A stretch of DNA of 64,000 bases from an uncultured virus (IMG/VR IMGVR_UViG_3300027714_000006) (IMGVR_UViG_3300027714_000006); one strand, 5' to 3'; shown: positions 20,046 through 31,066, counted from the first letter of the stretch. Numbers and translations are program-made. The notes: generated by a model from the sequence alone, not told the origin.

Positions 20046-20744
20046 ATGATACGTACTTCTTCTTTAGTTAGTGTAAAATATTTGAATCAGGCTTTTAAAA
20101 GTCTGAATGGTTTATATTTGCCTACATCCGGAGGGACAGAAACCGGTCAAGTGTATTTTTTAGAACCAATATACGCTAATCTAAGTGAGTCCCAAACACA
20201 AACCTACCCAATCACAACTGGTAGTACTGGTGTTGGTATTCCTGTGACTATTAGGTCATCTGTTGATAGTGGAAATAATAGAGCCTTTAGTGTATGGTCT
20301 AACGATTTTACTGGTACTACACATAATTTACAATTTGGGATTGATAGAAGTGGTGAGTTTAACATAGGGAATACTAATAATTTTTACCATCTAAACGCTA
20401 GTAGGGGTAGATTTGAAGTTAGAAGTAGTTTATCAGCATCAACATTTGTTGTTGATACTTTAACCGGGGCAAATAGGTACACAGTCACAGTCAATGGTAC
20501 TGTTTCAGCAGCGACAGGGTACCAAACAGGTAATATAGAAGCTGCTATTGATAAGTTACACGATATTGGTAAAGTAGCTATAAATCAAGGAAATTATAAG
20601 TATTCTCTGGAATCAGGGGATATTATGGAAATACCAAAAAATAACATACTAACACATAATACAAGTCTAGTTGGAGCTTTTGATGTGGGAGCGGGAGTAC
20701 TAGTATTAGGTGCGGGAGCATATTTAGACCAGATAGCTTGGTAA
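20046..20744 (+). CDS. Tail-fibre-like hypothetical protein
   Basis: YLPTSGGT fibre motif, Gly/Thr/Ser-rich, inside the fibre cluster. Confidence 0.5.
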   Translation: MIRTSSLVSVKYLNQAFKSLNGLYLPTSGGTETGQVYFLEPIYANLSESQTQTYPITTGSTGVGIPVTIRSSVDSGNNRAFSVWSNDFTGTTHNLQFGIDRSGEFNIGNTNNFYHLNASRGRFEVRSSLSASTFVVDTLTGANRYTVTVNGTVSAATGYQTGNIEAAIDKLHDIGKVAINQGNYKYSLESGDIMEIPKNNILTHNTSLVGAFDVGAGVLVLGAGAYLDQIAW

Positions 20745-20783
20745 AAAGACACAATTAAATGATATTTAATATATAAAGGACAT

Positions 20784-22316
20784 ATGGGAGCAATTAAATT
20801 TACAAAAGAAGCGTTTAGCGGAATTACAACACCGAGTCAGGCCAGCCAACTTACAATGTTTGTGGGTAATGGTAACGATAATGGGTTAGACCAACTCTAT
20901 TTTAGAACATCTGATGGTACAAATGTTAGAACCATGACAATGGCTAACAATAGTGATGGTGTTAAGATAGAAGACTTAACAGATAATTCTGATAAAAAAG
21001 TAACACAAATTAAAGGTGGTTATATAAAAATGACTGGAGCTACAAATTCTGGAATGACTTCTGGGATTAGTATGACATTAACGTGGAGTGGGATGACATA
21101 CGAAAAACAATTCAAAGGTCAGAAGTTGTATTCAGGTGTTACATGGGCTTCAGCTACCAGATATGTTGTAGGTGATATTGTTTACGCTGAAGATGTCTCA
21201 ACCAACAAATGGAATTATGGTGCGAAGGTAGGAACTTATTATAAGTGTTTATTAACTCACTGGTCATCAGAAAATCCAGGAGTAGAGGGAAGTGTTAGAG
21301 CAGGTGAACACACAACTAGTTGTTCTAATTGTTTCCCAGGGATTTATGATGGTATGAGAGACCAACAAGCGAACCCACCACAAGTTTGGGAGGTAGTAAG
21401 TAAAGTTGGTTTTGCTATAGGAGAACAAGCCATCCGAGAGATGACAATTGACCCAGGACCATATACTATGACTGGAAATACAGTACAAGTAACTGGTTGT
21501 ACAGATAATACAGCTCTTAATTATAATCCATTTGCACTTGCTGATTGTGGTGGTTATAGTTACGGCCCAGGTAACCAATGGAGTTGGGCTTATAACAATT
21601 GTTGTCAATACAGTGCTTCAACAGGAACAACAACAGGAGCTACATTTGGTATTTCAGGTTGTACAGATACGGTCGCAATAAATTACAATCCATTAGCTAC
21701 ATTTGGATGTTGGGGTTCAACAACTTTCTCAGGAGAAGGTGGTAGTTATAACGCTTACGCAGACCAAATAGCAGCATTCGGTGCTAATTGTTCAGGGGCT
21801 ACCTCGTATCAATTTACACAAAATTGTTGTTGTGATTATAGTGGTAATACGGGAATGACTACTTGGGTATCGTCAACTGGTATGACAGCAACTACACAAA
21901 CATGTCAATTATCAACACAAGATATTTTACCTTGTACAAATGGAGGGTATATTTCTATAGGGGGAGGTTATCCGTTACTTCCACCAACAAGTAATATTAG
22001 TCAGTTTGCGATTAAAGCAGATAATATACAGATTGGAAAGACTTCGCCCTGGAATCCAACAAGCTCTCTTAGCATGAATGCTGGGGTAATTGTAATGACC
22101 GTTAACAGTCCGAGCCCTACTCAACCTAATGGTATGGTAAAGATAACAACAGATGGATACCCATCAACACCTTTATTTTGTATTACCTATCCTGTGAATG
22201 TAACGTATACTAATGACCATCCTACGTCACCAATAGGAAGTATAAGTTGGACCGAAGATTATATATATGTTAAAACACAGGCTGGTTGGAAAAGAACAGC
22301 CTTAAGCTCATTCTAA
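20784..22316 (+). CDS. Tail-fibre-like protein with CBM5/12-like module and GCTD repeats
   Basis: WASATRYVVGDIVY...YKCLLTH; two GCTDxxAxNYNPxA repeats; C-terminal GSISWTEDYIYVKTQAGWKRTALSSF fibre tip; N-terminus (SGITTPS) resembles that of 19284..20033. Confidence 0.6.
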   Translation: MGAIKFTKEAFSGITTPSQASQLTMFVGNGNDNGLDQLYFRTSDGTNVRTMTMANNSDGVKIEDLTDNSDKKVTQIKGGYIKMTGATNSGMTSGISMTLTWSGMTYEKQFKGQKLYSGVTWASATRYVVGDIVYAEDVSTNKWNYGAKVGTYYKCLLTHWSSENPGVEGSVRAGEHTTSCSNCFPGIYDGMRDQQANPPQVWEVVSKVGFAIGEQAIREMTIDPGPYTMTGNTVQVTGCTDNTALNYNPFALADCGGYSYGPGNQWSWAYNNCCQYSASTGTTTGATFGISGCTDTVAINYNPLATFGCWGSTTFSGEGGSYNAYADQIAAFGANCSGATSYQFTQNCCCDYSGNTGMTTWVSSTGMTATTQTCQLSTQDILPCTNGGYISIGGGYPLLPPTSNISQFAIKADNIQIGKTSPWNPTSSLSMNAGVIVMTVNSPSPTQPNGMVKITTDGYPSTPLFCITYPVNVTYTNDHPTSPIGSISWTEDYIYVKTQAGWKRTALSSF

Positions 22317-22317
22317 A

Positions 22318-22704
22318 ATGGAATTTTTTGTAAGAAAAAATAGTAATGAACCGATACTGAAGATGCAATTGATTCAGGATGGGAGAAGTGACTTTAAACA
22401 CTTTCATGATAAATTAGCGAATGCTGATATTCGTTTTTCAATGAGGGATGTTGAGAATGGAGCTTATGTACTTTTAAATAAAGCTGCAGGAATAGTCGCT
22501 AAAACTACTATACATGAAACAGACCCACCAGAGTATTACATTTACTATAGATGGCAATCTAGTGACACAGAATTTACAGGTAGGTACCAAGGACAGTTCG
22601 CTATTAAATTTATAGAAGATTGTTCAGAATTAATAGTTCCGGTAAGGGACGATTTGTTTATTAATATTAATGATAGTTTTGTGGAAAGCAACTGCTCCTG
22701 TTAA
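22318..22704 (+). CDS. Conserved structural protein (BppU-like baseplate adaptor fold)
   Basis: IRFSM...YIYYRWQSSDTEFTGRYQGQF...LIVP pattern resembles BppU N-terminal domains. Confidence 0.5.
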   Translation: MEFFVRKNSNEPILKMQLIQDGRSDFKHFHDKLANADIRFSMRDVENGAYVLLNKAAGIVAKTTIHETDPPEYYIYYRWQSSDTEFTGRYQGQFAIKFIEDCSELIVPVRDDLFININDSFVESNCSC

Positions 22705-22733
22705 TTGACGTATTGAAGTTATTGTGTTATACT
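22705..22733 (+). promoter_or_regulatory. sigma70-like promoter upstream of polB
   Basis: TTGACG-N17-TATACT. Confidence 0.6.
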
Positions 22734-22759
22734 TACTGAGTATAATGAAATAACCAAAT

Positions 22760-25468
22760 ATGAATCCCACACCAAAAGAAATAGAAGAATTTTTACAAGG
22801 TAAAGACCCTGAAAAGTATATTGTCGCTGTAGAGTATGGTTGGAGAACCAATAAAATCTATAAAGTAATAGAAGACCCTGAACACGGTAAGAAAATAATT
22901 TCAGATACCTTTATCCCGTTTTGTTGGGTTGGTGACTTAAAAGATAAGAATTTTTATAGGGGTAACAAACAACAACAAAAAGAGGCCATATCCAAATATG
23001 GAATAGTTATTGAGAAGTTGGATACCCATGGGAACGAAAGGTTAGAACAAGGACTTACATTTTTAGTTAAATCCACAAAGACATATAGGGATTTAGTCTC
23101 ATTTTTTAAACAAGGTGGTGTGGACCCTTGGGCAAAGGAAAATAGAGATTCAATAACATTACTAACACCAGTAGAACAATACCTTATACAAAAACAAAAA
23201 AGATTATTTAAAGGCTTTAGTGATTATGATGAAGTACATAGGTTTATATTTGATTTAGAAACAACATCTTTAGACCCTAAAGATGGTAGAATCTTTATGT
23301 TCGGTATGAAGGATAATAGAGGGTTTGAAAAGGTTGTGGAAGCCATTGACGATGAAAGTGAAAGAAAAGGAATCATAGAATTTTTTGATACTATAGACAA
23401 ACTAAAACCCTCAATAATAGGTGGGTACAACTCATCCAACTTTGACTGGAATTGGATATTCGAAAGAGCTGAGATTCTAGGTCTAGACATAAAAAAAATA
23501 GCAAAAACATTAAACCCAAATACCCCTATATCGATTAAATCAGGGATGTTAAAATTAGGAGCTGAAGTAGAAGATTATAACCAAATAAAAATATGGGGGT
23601 ACAATAGTATTGATGTAGCACATTCGGTAAGGAGAGCTCAAACCATTAATTCAGACATAAAAAGTTGGGGACTAAAGTATATAACAGAATATATTGGAGC
23701 TAGTAAACCTAACAGGATTTATCTAGAAGGGGATAAGATTGCTTCGACATACAGAGAAAATAAAGAATTTTATTTAAACCCAGAAACTGGGGTGTATAAA
23801 GATATTGACACACCAGGATTGGAAAATCTACAAATGAGATTTCCTGATAAATATAAAAGAGTTAATGGTGAATATATCGTAGAAAGGTACCTTATGGATG
23901 ATTTGTGGGAAACCCAAGTTGTTGATGCCGAATATAACCAGGCTTCATTTTTATTAGCTGGACTAGTACCAACAACATATGAAAGGGTATCTACAATGGG
24001 TACAGCGACATTATGGAAAATGTTAATGTTAACTTGGTCGTACGGTAAAGGTTTGGCTATCCCTAAGAAAAAAGAAAAAAGACCTTTTGTTGGTGGTTTA
24101 TCTAGATTGTTAAAGGTTGGTTACGCGGTTAACGTACTTAAATTAGATTTTAGTTCTCTATACCCCTCCATACAATTAGTTCACGATGTTTTTCCAGAAT
24201 GTGATGTTACGGGGGCTATGAAAGGGATGTTAAAATATTTTAGAGATACTCGTATCATGTATAAAAATTTGGCATCAAAACACTACAAGAGTGACCCAAA
24301 ACTATCGAAATCGTTTGGAGCTAAACAACTACCAATAAAAATCTTTATTAACTCTATGTTTGGTTCATTGTCAGCACCACAGGTCTTCCCTTGGGGTGAT
24401 ATGGATATGGGTGAAAAAATCACATGTACTGGTAGACAATACCTAAGACATATGATTAAATTTTTTGATGACAGAGGTTACGAACCATTAGTGTTGGATA
24501 CGGATGGTGTGAATTTTTCAGCACCAGATAACGTATCGGAATTAAAATATGTAGGGAAGGGGTTAAATGAACTTGTAGTGAAAGATAAAGAATATTTGGG
24601 TACCGAGGCACATGTAGCTGAGTATAATGATTTATTTATGAAAGACGAAATGGGGTTAGACACTGACGGTGTTTGGCCAGCAGCTATAAATGTAGCGAGA
24701 AAAAATTACGCATTATTAACGGATACTGGTGGTGTAAAGTTGACAGGTAATTCCATAAAATCTAAAAAACTACAAGGGTATTTGGAAGAGTTTATAGATA
24801 AAGGTTTAAGGTTACTTTTAGCTGGTAAAGGTCAAGATTTTATAGAATATTATTATGAACATTTTGAAAAAATATACAATAAACAGATACCATTAATTAA
24901 AATAGCCAATAAAGCTAGAATTAAATTAAAAATACCAGATTATAAAAAAAGGTGTTTACAGGTTACTAAGTCTGGAAACCCTATGTCTAGACAAGCACAC
25001 ATGGAATTAGTTATTAGAGAAAATGTACAGGTAGATTTAGGACAAACAATCTATTATATAAATAATGGTACAGCTATGTCTCATGGTGACGTACAAAGAA
25101 AAAAAGCTAAAGATGGTAGTGTAGAAATTTTATTAAGGTGTTATTTGATAGATAAAGACGAATTAGATAAAAATCCTGAATTGACGGGGGAGTATAACAT
25201 AGCTAGATACATTAATGTATTTAATAAAAGAGTGGAACCATTATTAGTTGTTTTTCACCCTGATGTTAGAGAATCTTTATTAGTTAAAAAACCAGAAGAT
25301 AGACAATTTTTTACTAGTAAACAATGTGAATTAATAAAAGGTATACCTAGAAGAGAGTTTGACCAAGATACGTTCGAAGAGGTAATGAGTGTCTCTAAAG
25401 AAGAAAAAATATTTTGGGATAAGATGGGGTTGTCTGAAGACTCGTTCTTAGAAGTAATAACTAATTAG
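22760..25468 (+). CDS. polB: Family B DNA polymerase
   Basis: Exonuclease motifs FDLET, YNSSNFDW and YLMDD; polymerase motifs DFSSLYPS, KIFINSMFG and DTDG; no intein evident. Confidence 0.95.
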   Translation: MNPTPKEIEEFLQGKDPEKYIVAVEYGWRTNKIYKVIEDPEHGKKIISDTFIPFCWVGDLKDKNFYRGNKQQQKEAISKYGIVIEKLDTHGNERLEQGLTFLVKSTKTYRDLVSFFKQGGVDPWAKENRDSITLLTPVEQYLIQKQKRLFKGFSDYDEVHRFIFDLETTSLDPKDGRIFMFGMKDNRGFEKVVEAIDDESERKGIIEFFDTIDKLKPSIIGGYNSSNFDWNWIFERAEILGLDIKKIAKTLNPNTPISIKSGMLKLGAEVEDYNQIKIWGYNSIDVAHSVRRAQTINSDIKSWGLKYITEYIGASKPNRIYLEGDKIASTYRENKEFYLNPETGVYKDIDTPGLENLQMRFPDKYKRVNGEYIVERYLMDDLWETQVVDAEYNQASFLLAGLVPTTYERVSTMGTATLWKMLMLTWSYGKGLAIPKKKEKRPFVGGLSRLLKVGYAVNVLKLDFSSLYPSIQLVHDVFPECDVTGAMKGMLKYFRDTRIMYKNLASKHYKSDPKLSKSFGAKQLPIKIFINSMFGSLSAPQVFPWGDMDMGEKITCTGRQYLRHMIKFFDDRGYEPLVLDTDGVNFSAPDNVSELKYVGKGLNELVVKDKEYLGTEAHVAEYNDLFMKDEMGLDTDGVWPAAINVARKNYALLTDTGGVKLTGNSIKSKKLQGYLEEFIDKGLRLLLAGKGQDFIEYYYEHFEKIYNKQIPLIKIANKARIKLKIPDYKKRCLQVTKSGNPMSRQAHMELVIRENVQVDLGQTIYYINNGTAMSHGDVQRKKAKDGSVEILLRCYLIDKDELDKNPELTGEYNIARYINVFNKRVEPLLVVFHPDVRESLLVKKPEDRQFFTSKQCELIKGIPRREFDQDTFEEVMSVSKEEKIFWDKMGLSEDSFLEVITN

Positions 25469-26330
25469 ACTCCTTAATTCCGTCAGAAGATAAAATATAC
25501 CAGTTATTTTCATGGTGAACCAGTTCTACACTACTCTCCTCACCTAATTCAATCTCCGACCATTTTTCGTCGATTAAACCACTTAAAGGTTTTACCATGG
25601 TAGTGGTCATGGATTTTATGTAAATCCTACCATTTTTCTTATCATCTAACAATATTGTGGCACCACTTCCTTTGGTTATAATATAGTCTTCACCTTCAGA
25701 AGTATGTTCCCCACTAATAACTTTAGTAACCTTATTTTGGTTAAAATTAATAACATCTTTTTTTAGTAACTCTATAAGTCCTATAGCTAGATATTTGTAT
25801 TTTACGTTTCTAGGTGTTACCCCATCTAATTCATAACTTACAAAATCTTTAAGACCTAGGTCCTCCACCTCTTCCGCAATATACCCAAAGTCCTCCTCAC
25901 CTGTTTGTTTGTAATTGAAAAGCTTAGGTTCTAATAATAATAAATTATCTAAATTAGAAAAAGTGTGTGGTTCTATGTTAGTTTTAAACCTTCTAGAAGA
26001 CACAGTAATTCTAACATCACCATTACTTTCTAGTGTCATATCGTCTTGAGCTGTACCAGTCCTTACCGATGTTGGGTTTATTTGTATTGAAGACCTACCA
26101 CTTAGTACCGGGGCCATATTAACAGCGAGTACTGTGGTTACACCTGTATGGATACCAGCTACCTCAGTTAATCCACTTGTTGTTTCGGTTACACTAAAAT
26201 TATAAGTTTCACCACTAAAATAACCCACACTTAAATTATCACCCATATAGGTGGACCCTGACATGATAGCGGTTGTACCACATCTTTGGTATATTTGTCT
26301 TGAAAAATCTGCTTTTGTTCTGAATGCCAT
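25461..26330 (-). CDS. Structural protein with peptidase S74-like (intramolecular chaperone) domain
   Basis: SSRRFKTNI...EPKLFNYK...FGYIAEEVE...VKYKYL. Confidence 0.7.
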   Translation of the reverse strand: MAFRTKADFSRQIYQRCGTTAIMSGSTYMGDNLSVGYFSGETYNFSVTETTSGLTEVAGIHTGVTTVLAVNMAPVLSGRSSIQINPTSVRTGTAQDDMTLESNGDVRITVSSRRFKTNIEPHTFSNLDNLLLLEPKLFNYKQTGEEDFGYIAEEVEDLGLKDFVSYELDGVTPRNVKYKYLAIGLIELLKKDVINFNQNKVTKVISGEHTSEGEDYIITKGSGATILLDDKKNGRIYIKSMTTTMVKPLSGLIDEKWSEIELGEESSVELVHHENNWYILSSDGIKESN

Positions 26331-27448
26331 TATATCACGTATATACTTCCCGGATTCATAGGTCTGTACCCGAGAGATTTATTTAAATTTTCAGCTTCTG
26401 AAGCCTTACGTTCCAACATCTTGTCATTACGTAATCTTTCTAATCTTGCCATAAGCTCCTCAATTAATTTTGATTTCTCATCCTTAGCTTCAGTAAGTAA
26501 TGTGTCCCAATCCATGGTTAAATCAGCGTCAGGTACCTTTAAAGCACCCTGGTACTTACCCCTAACCCTACCAAGTGTTTCTTTACACATCGCAAAGAAG
26601 TAACGTCTTACCCATGCTCTAGCTGGAGCATTTAACTCATTCCATTGTATGTCATCAATAGGTACATCAGAAGGTAATCTCACCACATCAGGATTGTCAC
26701 TTAAACAGTTATCTCTATCAGTACAAGTTTCATAATACCAATACCAAACCTTAGATTGGTTTCTTTCCATATTACCGAAATCAAATCTACCACCTGGAGT
26801 GGAATATAGATGTAAAAATTTAGTACCTTCAGGTCCTGCTGTTATTCTATAAGTTAAGTCACCACCGATTAAACGATTTTTAAGGTTACGGTCACCCATC
26901 CTTAATAGGATATCGAAAGCTGGCATCATATAATAAGACCCCATAACACCCATCTGGGCTCCACCCATTCCACCACCTTGACCAATACCACCCATTCCAC
27001 CAAACCCACCAAGAAACGGGTCAATCATCATACTATCAAGTTCGGCCCTAGCAAACCATAAAACTTCATTCACTTCTCTACATTTTGGTATTTGGTAAAT
27101 TTGTTGTCCTGGAGATAACATAACAAAATCTTTTTTTAATTCCCACGGTCCCCCAGCCTGTAAACCAGCTATCTTAGAATACGCGTAAGTAAATGAGGTT
27201 TCAAAATCTAAACTTCTGGTTAGGAATGCCGAAGCTAAATCTACTTCACTAACATTAATACCAGCTACCCCAGCCCATTGATTTTCTATCAACCAATCCT
27301 GTACATACATCCCATAATCTAAAATAGATAAATCTAGTAGAGTGTCCATCATCTCCTCCTCCAATTCAATACCCCTTATAGGAGCACCTAATAAATGCTT
27401 TGCTTGGGTATATAATCTATTTCTTGCTGTACTATCGATATTAGCCAT
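26330..27448 (-). CDS. Neck/head-tail adaptor protein (T4 gp13-like)
   Basis: LGAPIRGIELEEE and WVRRYFFAMCKETLGRVRGKY motifs; TATTTAT upstream on the minus strand (27464-27470). Confidence 0.75.
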   Translation of the reverse strand: MANIDSTARNRLYTQAKHLLGAPIRGIELEEEMMDTLLDLSILDYGMYVQDWLIENQWAGVAGINVSEVDLASAFLTRSLDFETSFTYAYSKIAGLQAGGPWELKKDFVMLSPGQQIYQIPKCREVNEVLWFARAELDSMMIDPFLGGFGGMGGIGQGGGMGGAQMGVMGSYYMMPAFDILLRMGDRNLKNRLIGGDLTYRITAGPEGTKFLHLYSTPGGRFDFGNMERNQSKVWYWYYETCTDRDNCLSDNPDVVRLPSDVPIDDIQWNELNAPARAWVRRYFFAMCKETLGRVRGKYQGALKVPDADLTMDWDTLLTEAKDEKSKLIEELMARLERLRNDKMLERKASEAENLNKSLGYRPMNPGSIYVI

Positions 27449-27471
27449 ATTAGTTGTTTACTAATAAATAT

Positions 27472-29232
27472 CTAAAGTGTTTGGATTTCCGATAGTATCT
27501 CAGTAAATATGTCTTCTTCGGGTATATTGTCACCCATAACCGTATCTATTACTCGTTTTTTGTTTGCGAGAATATTATAAATTACCCTCTCTATCGTATT
27601 ATCAAATATTGGGTAAAAACAAGAAACATTCTTTTTTTGGCCTATCCTAAATGCTCTATCTTCTGCTTGGGAATGGTCAGAAGGAACAAATGATAAATCA
27701 TTCATTATTACCGCTTCAGCAGCTGTCAAAGTAATACCCACCCCACCAGCTTTAATGTTGGATATGAATATTTGGGTGTTTGGGTCAGTTTGGAAAGAAT
27801 CTACACTTTTTTGTCTATCTTCTTTACTCATTTGTCCGTATAAAAGGACAGAATTTTTTTCATACCTCCTACCTAATTCCAGTAAAGGGTCAGTAAAGTT
27901 ACAAAAAACAATTACTTTTTTTTCTTGCTCTATAGCTTGGTCAATAAGTTCACAGGTATAGTCTAATTTGTTCCAAGCTAGTATTTGTCTAATTTTTGTT
28001 AATTTAGATAAATGAACGGTTATACTTTGGTTAGAAGTTCTGGTATTCCAATCCAGATACTCACCGACCTCCTTTTCATAATCTTTAGATTTTAAATCTA
28101 GATATATTGGTGTTATAATTTTGTCTGGTAAATCTAACACATCTTCCTTTAATCTTCTTAATACTTTATTATTGGTCCTATCTCTTAATTCTTCTAGATT
28201 AGAGGCCCCATTAACGTTCCATATTTTTCTACCACCGTGAGCTCTAAATTGTCTACCTTCACAGTACCTTAGTACATAAGAACGCCAGTTTGCGGAAACC
28301 CTACTGCCTACTATTTTTAGTAAGTTATAGTAATTAATTGGTCTTGATGTCATAGGTGTACCACTAAGTAACCATACGTGTTGTACTTTTTTACAAATAT
28401 CATTAACTATTTTACTTCTTTGAGCTTTTCCATTAGAAATGTAGTGGGCTTCATCTATTATGATTAAATCAAAATCTTCTTCCAATATCTGACTCGTAAC
28501 TACCTCATCTTTTTTAGGTATAGAGTGAAAGTTTTTTAATATGTCATAATTTATTATTATGTATTTTGATGACTGCCATTTCTTACCCTCAACCAGTGAT
28601 ATTGAATCATCACTGTAGTTCCTAATCTCCCTTTCCCAGTTAATTTTTAATGAAGCTGGACATATTACTAATATTTTTTTAAATTCTTTAACTATAGAGG
28701 CGATTACAGCTGAAGTTGTTTTACCAAGACCCATATCGTCAGCTAGGATATATTTTTCATTCGCTACTAGTTTTTCTATAGCTTCTTTTTGGTGTATAAA
28801 AGGTTCTCTATGTTTAAATGGTTCATAATCCACATCTATAGGTTTTGATGTGTCTGAAACTATTTGTGATTTAGGTACCCATAAACAATTTAGTGTGTCA
28901 GCTGAAAACACTTTACCATATACGTGGTAAGCTTTATCTGTTTGAGTTAGAAGTTTTTCTATGTATAATTCTTTTGGTTTGTATGTTAGTAGTCTGGTTT
29001 CTTGTAATTGCTCACCAAAATAAGAATCTATCTCTACCCATTTTTTCGCTACTTTTGGTGTTGTTTCGTGGTGGGTAAGTATGTAATCTCTTTGACCTGT
29101 CCCCATCTTCCATCTACTATAGGTAAAAAGGTTTTTCTTCATCTGTAAGATGTAGTTATTAGCACCACTATACTCCTTTAAAATAGCTAGCGCTTTATGT
29201 TCCGGTATATTACTATCTATAGACATATCCAA
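27472..29232 (-). CDS. SNF2-family (SMARCAL1/HARP-like) helicase/ATPase
   Basis: ILADDMGLGKT, IIDEAH, LSGTP, GVGITLTAA and QAEDRAFRIGQ; the start may be the ATG at 29226. Confidence 0.92.
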   Translation of the reverse strand: MDMSIDSNIPEHKALAILKEYSGANNYILQMKKNLFTYSRWKMGTGQRDYILTHHETTPKVAKKWVEIDSYFGEQLQETRLLTYKPKELYIEKLLTQTDKAYHVYGKVFSADTLNCLWVPKSQIVSDTSKPIDVDYEPFKHREPFIHQKEAIEKLVANEKYILADDMGLGKTTSAVIASIVKEFKKILVICPASLKINWEREIRNYSDDSISLVEGKKWQSSKYIIINYDILKNFHSIPKKDEVVTSQILEEDFDLIIIDEAHYISNGKAQRSKIVNDICKKVQHVWLLSGTPMTSRPINYYNLLKIVGSRVSANWRSYVLRYCEGRQFRAHGGRKIWNVNGASNLEELRDRTNNKVLRRLKEDVLDLPDKIITPIYLDLKSKDYEKEVGEYLDWNTRTSNQSITVHLSKLTKIRQILAWNKLDYTCELIDQAIEQEKKVIVFCNFTDPLLELGRRYEKNSVLLYGQMSKEDRQKSVDSFQTDPNTQIFISNIKAGGVGITLTAAEAVIMNDLSFVPSDHSQAEDRAFRIGQKKNVSCFYPIFDNTIERVIYNILANKKRVIDTVMGDNIPEEDIFTEILSEIQTL

Positions 29233-29287
29233 GTATAACTAATCAAGACTAAAAAACAAACTATTTATAATATAGATAAATTTAATT

Positions 29288-29806
29288 ATGGAACAAAAGA
29301 AAATACCAATTAAAAGATTAAACAAGTTTTTTTCTAAAGAAGATTTTGATATTAATATCGATATGGGTAAAGAATATGTTGATGGTGATTTAAATTTTAC
29401 TTTAGTGTTGTTTAGGGTTGATAGAAAAAAGAGTGATGTTGATGCTGTGTATGCTGAATCAGGACCAGAGGAAATAAGGTTTTTTCCACCTGTAGAGTTT
29501 AATGTGGGGTCCCTAAAGATTGATACACCTAAAAACACTTCATACGCGGATGGTTTAGTGGAGTATAAAGAATCCGGAAATTTAACATTCTCTGTTTATG
29601 ATAAACATTTAAAAGAATTGTCCATCAATATTAGTTATGGTGATTATGTGGGTTATCCAGAAAAAGAAGATAGGGTGAGATATTTTGTGGTGGCGGATGA
29701 TGGTAGAATACAAAATGATAATGCACATACTATGGGTGGGTATAAAGCTTTTTTTAGAAGTATTATTTGTACCCCAGTATCAGAAAACGAATTTAAAGGA
29801 ATATAA
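29288..29806 (+). CDS. Neck/head-closure protein (gp14-like)
   Basis: DAVYAE...RFFPPVE...ISYGDYVG pattern; position among neck genes; TATTTAT at 29262. Confidence 0.55.
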   Translation: MEQKKIPIKRLNKFFSKEDFDINIDMGKEYVDGDLNFTLVLFRVDRKKSDVDAVYAESGPEEIRFFPPVEFNVGSLKIDTPKNTSYADGLVEYKESGNLTFSVYDKHLKELSINISYGDYVGYPEKEDRVRYFVVADDGRIQNDNAHTMGGYKAFFRSIICTPVSENEFKGI

Positions 29807-29807
29807 T

Positions 29808-30902
29808 ATGTTACCAAAAAAAGTTAAAAAAACATTAAATCCGTACCCGACAGTTAAGGGACAAAACGAATACCCTCATGGGTATGATGGTAGAACTACG
29901 CCAAAAAGAAGACAACAATTAGCAGAGTTTATACAAGATGACGGTACTTTCTTACCAAAAAGTGTGTTACACGAAGATTTAGATTTAGGGATGTTAGAAT
30001 TCGTTAAAGATAAATTAGAGTCGACAATCAATGGTAAAGAGATACCAGTAATAGACAGGATTCTAACAGCTCAAAGATGGGGTGAATTTACACAGACTTG
30101 GAAATTTTCTGATTTAGATAAAAATATTAAGTTACCTTTTATATCGGTAGTTAGAAGACCAGATGTTAATTTTGGTAGTAATCCTTCATTAAAGTACACC
30201 ATACCTAATCGTAAACAATTTCATTACGCAAAAGTCCCAACATGGGACGGACAAAGAAAAGGGATGGATTTGTATAAGATACCACAACCGGTACCTGTAG
30301 ATATTGTTTACGACGTAAGAGTTATTTGTAATAGGATGAGAGAAGTTAATTTATTTAACAGGGTTGTTATGCAAAGGTTCACTTCACGACAAGCCTACAC
30401 TTTTGTTAAAGGGCACTACATCCCGATAGTATTGGAAAATATAACAGACAGTTCCCAACTAACAGACTTAGAAAGTAGAAAATTCTACAGTCAAACCTAC
30501 CAATTCCAAATGCAGGGATTTTTGATAGATGAAGATGAGTTTGAAATAAGTCCAGCAATCAGTCGTACATTGACATTATTTGAGGTAAACACAAAAGTAC
30601 ATAAGGGAGAAAAACACAAAGTCCCAGAAAGTGATAACCCAAAAACAATATATATTGGGTTGAGTTTTGGTGATAATATAACTACGGCTTATTACTTATT
30701 TGATTTTACTTGTAAAATAGACATAGATGAGGCCTCAAACATAGGTGTAATAAACAATGTTTTTATTAAACCACAAGGTGGTGCTCAAATAGGGGTTAGT
30801 TTACCATTATATATAAATTCTGGTGATTTACTACAAATGGACATAACTAAAAGTGATATTACGGAAGATGCTTTACAGAGACTTAAAGTCACTTTAGACT
30901 AA
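29808..30902 (+). CDS. Tail terminator/sheath stabiliser (gp15-like)
   Basis: LPFISVVR...PVPVDIVYDVRV motif. The likely start is the ATG at 29808, directly after the upstream stop, rather than 29685. Confidence 0.6.
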   Translation: MLPKKVKKTLNPYPTVKGQNEYPHGYDGRTTPKRRQQLAEFIQDDGTFLPKSVLHEDLDLGMLEFVKDKLESTINGKEIPVIDRILTAQRWGEFTQTWKFSDLDKNIKLPFISVVRRPDVNFGSNPSLKYTIPNRKQFHYAKVPTWDGQRKGMDLYKIPQPVPVDIVYDVRVICNRMREVNLFNRVVMQRFTSRQAYTFVKGHYIPIVLENITDSSQLTDLESRKFYSQTYQFQMQGFLIDEDEFEISPAISRTLTLFEVNTKVHKGEKHKVPESDNPKTIYIGLSFGDNITTAYYLFDFTCKIDIDEASNIGVINNVFIKPQGGAQIGVSLPLYINSGDLLQMDITKSDITEDALQRLKVTLD

Positions 30903-31066
30903 TAATCTCCGTATACATCTTTTTTTTGTTCACATTTTTCAGATATGAGTTTTTCTACAAAAGCAAACATCTTTAGACCGTGTTTATCACAATACTCTTT
31001 TAGGAGCTTGTGAACCCTAGGTTTTATTTTAATATTTTTTGTTCTTATCGTCTTCAAATCTAACAT
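30899..31066 (-). CDS. Small ribbon-helix-helix-like DNA-binding protein (55 aa, absent from ORF track)
   Basis: Manual translation: MLDLKTIRTKNIKIKPRVHKLLKEYCDKHGLKMFAFVEKLISEKCEQKKDVYGDY*; beta-strand KNIKI followed by two helices. Confidence 0.7.
   Translation of the reverse strand: MLDLKTIRTKNIKIKPRVHKLLKEYCDKHGLKMFAFVEKLISEKCEQKKDVYGDY

Noticed and set aside
29685..29807. N-terminal extension of the gp15-like ORF
   Set aside because: It overlaps the upstream gene; the ATG at 29808 directly after the upstream stop is the more plausible start.
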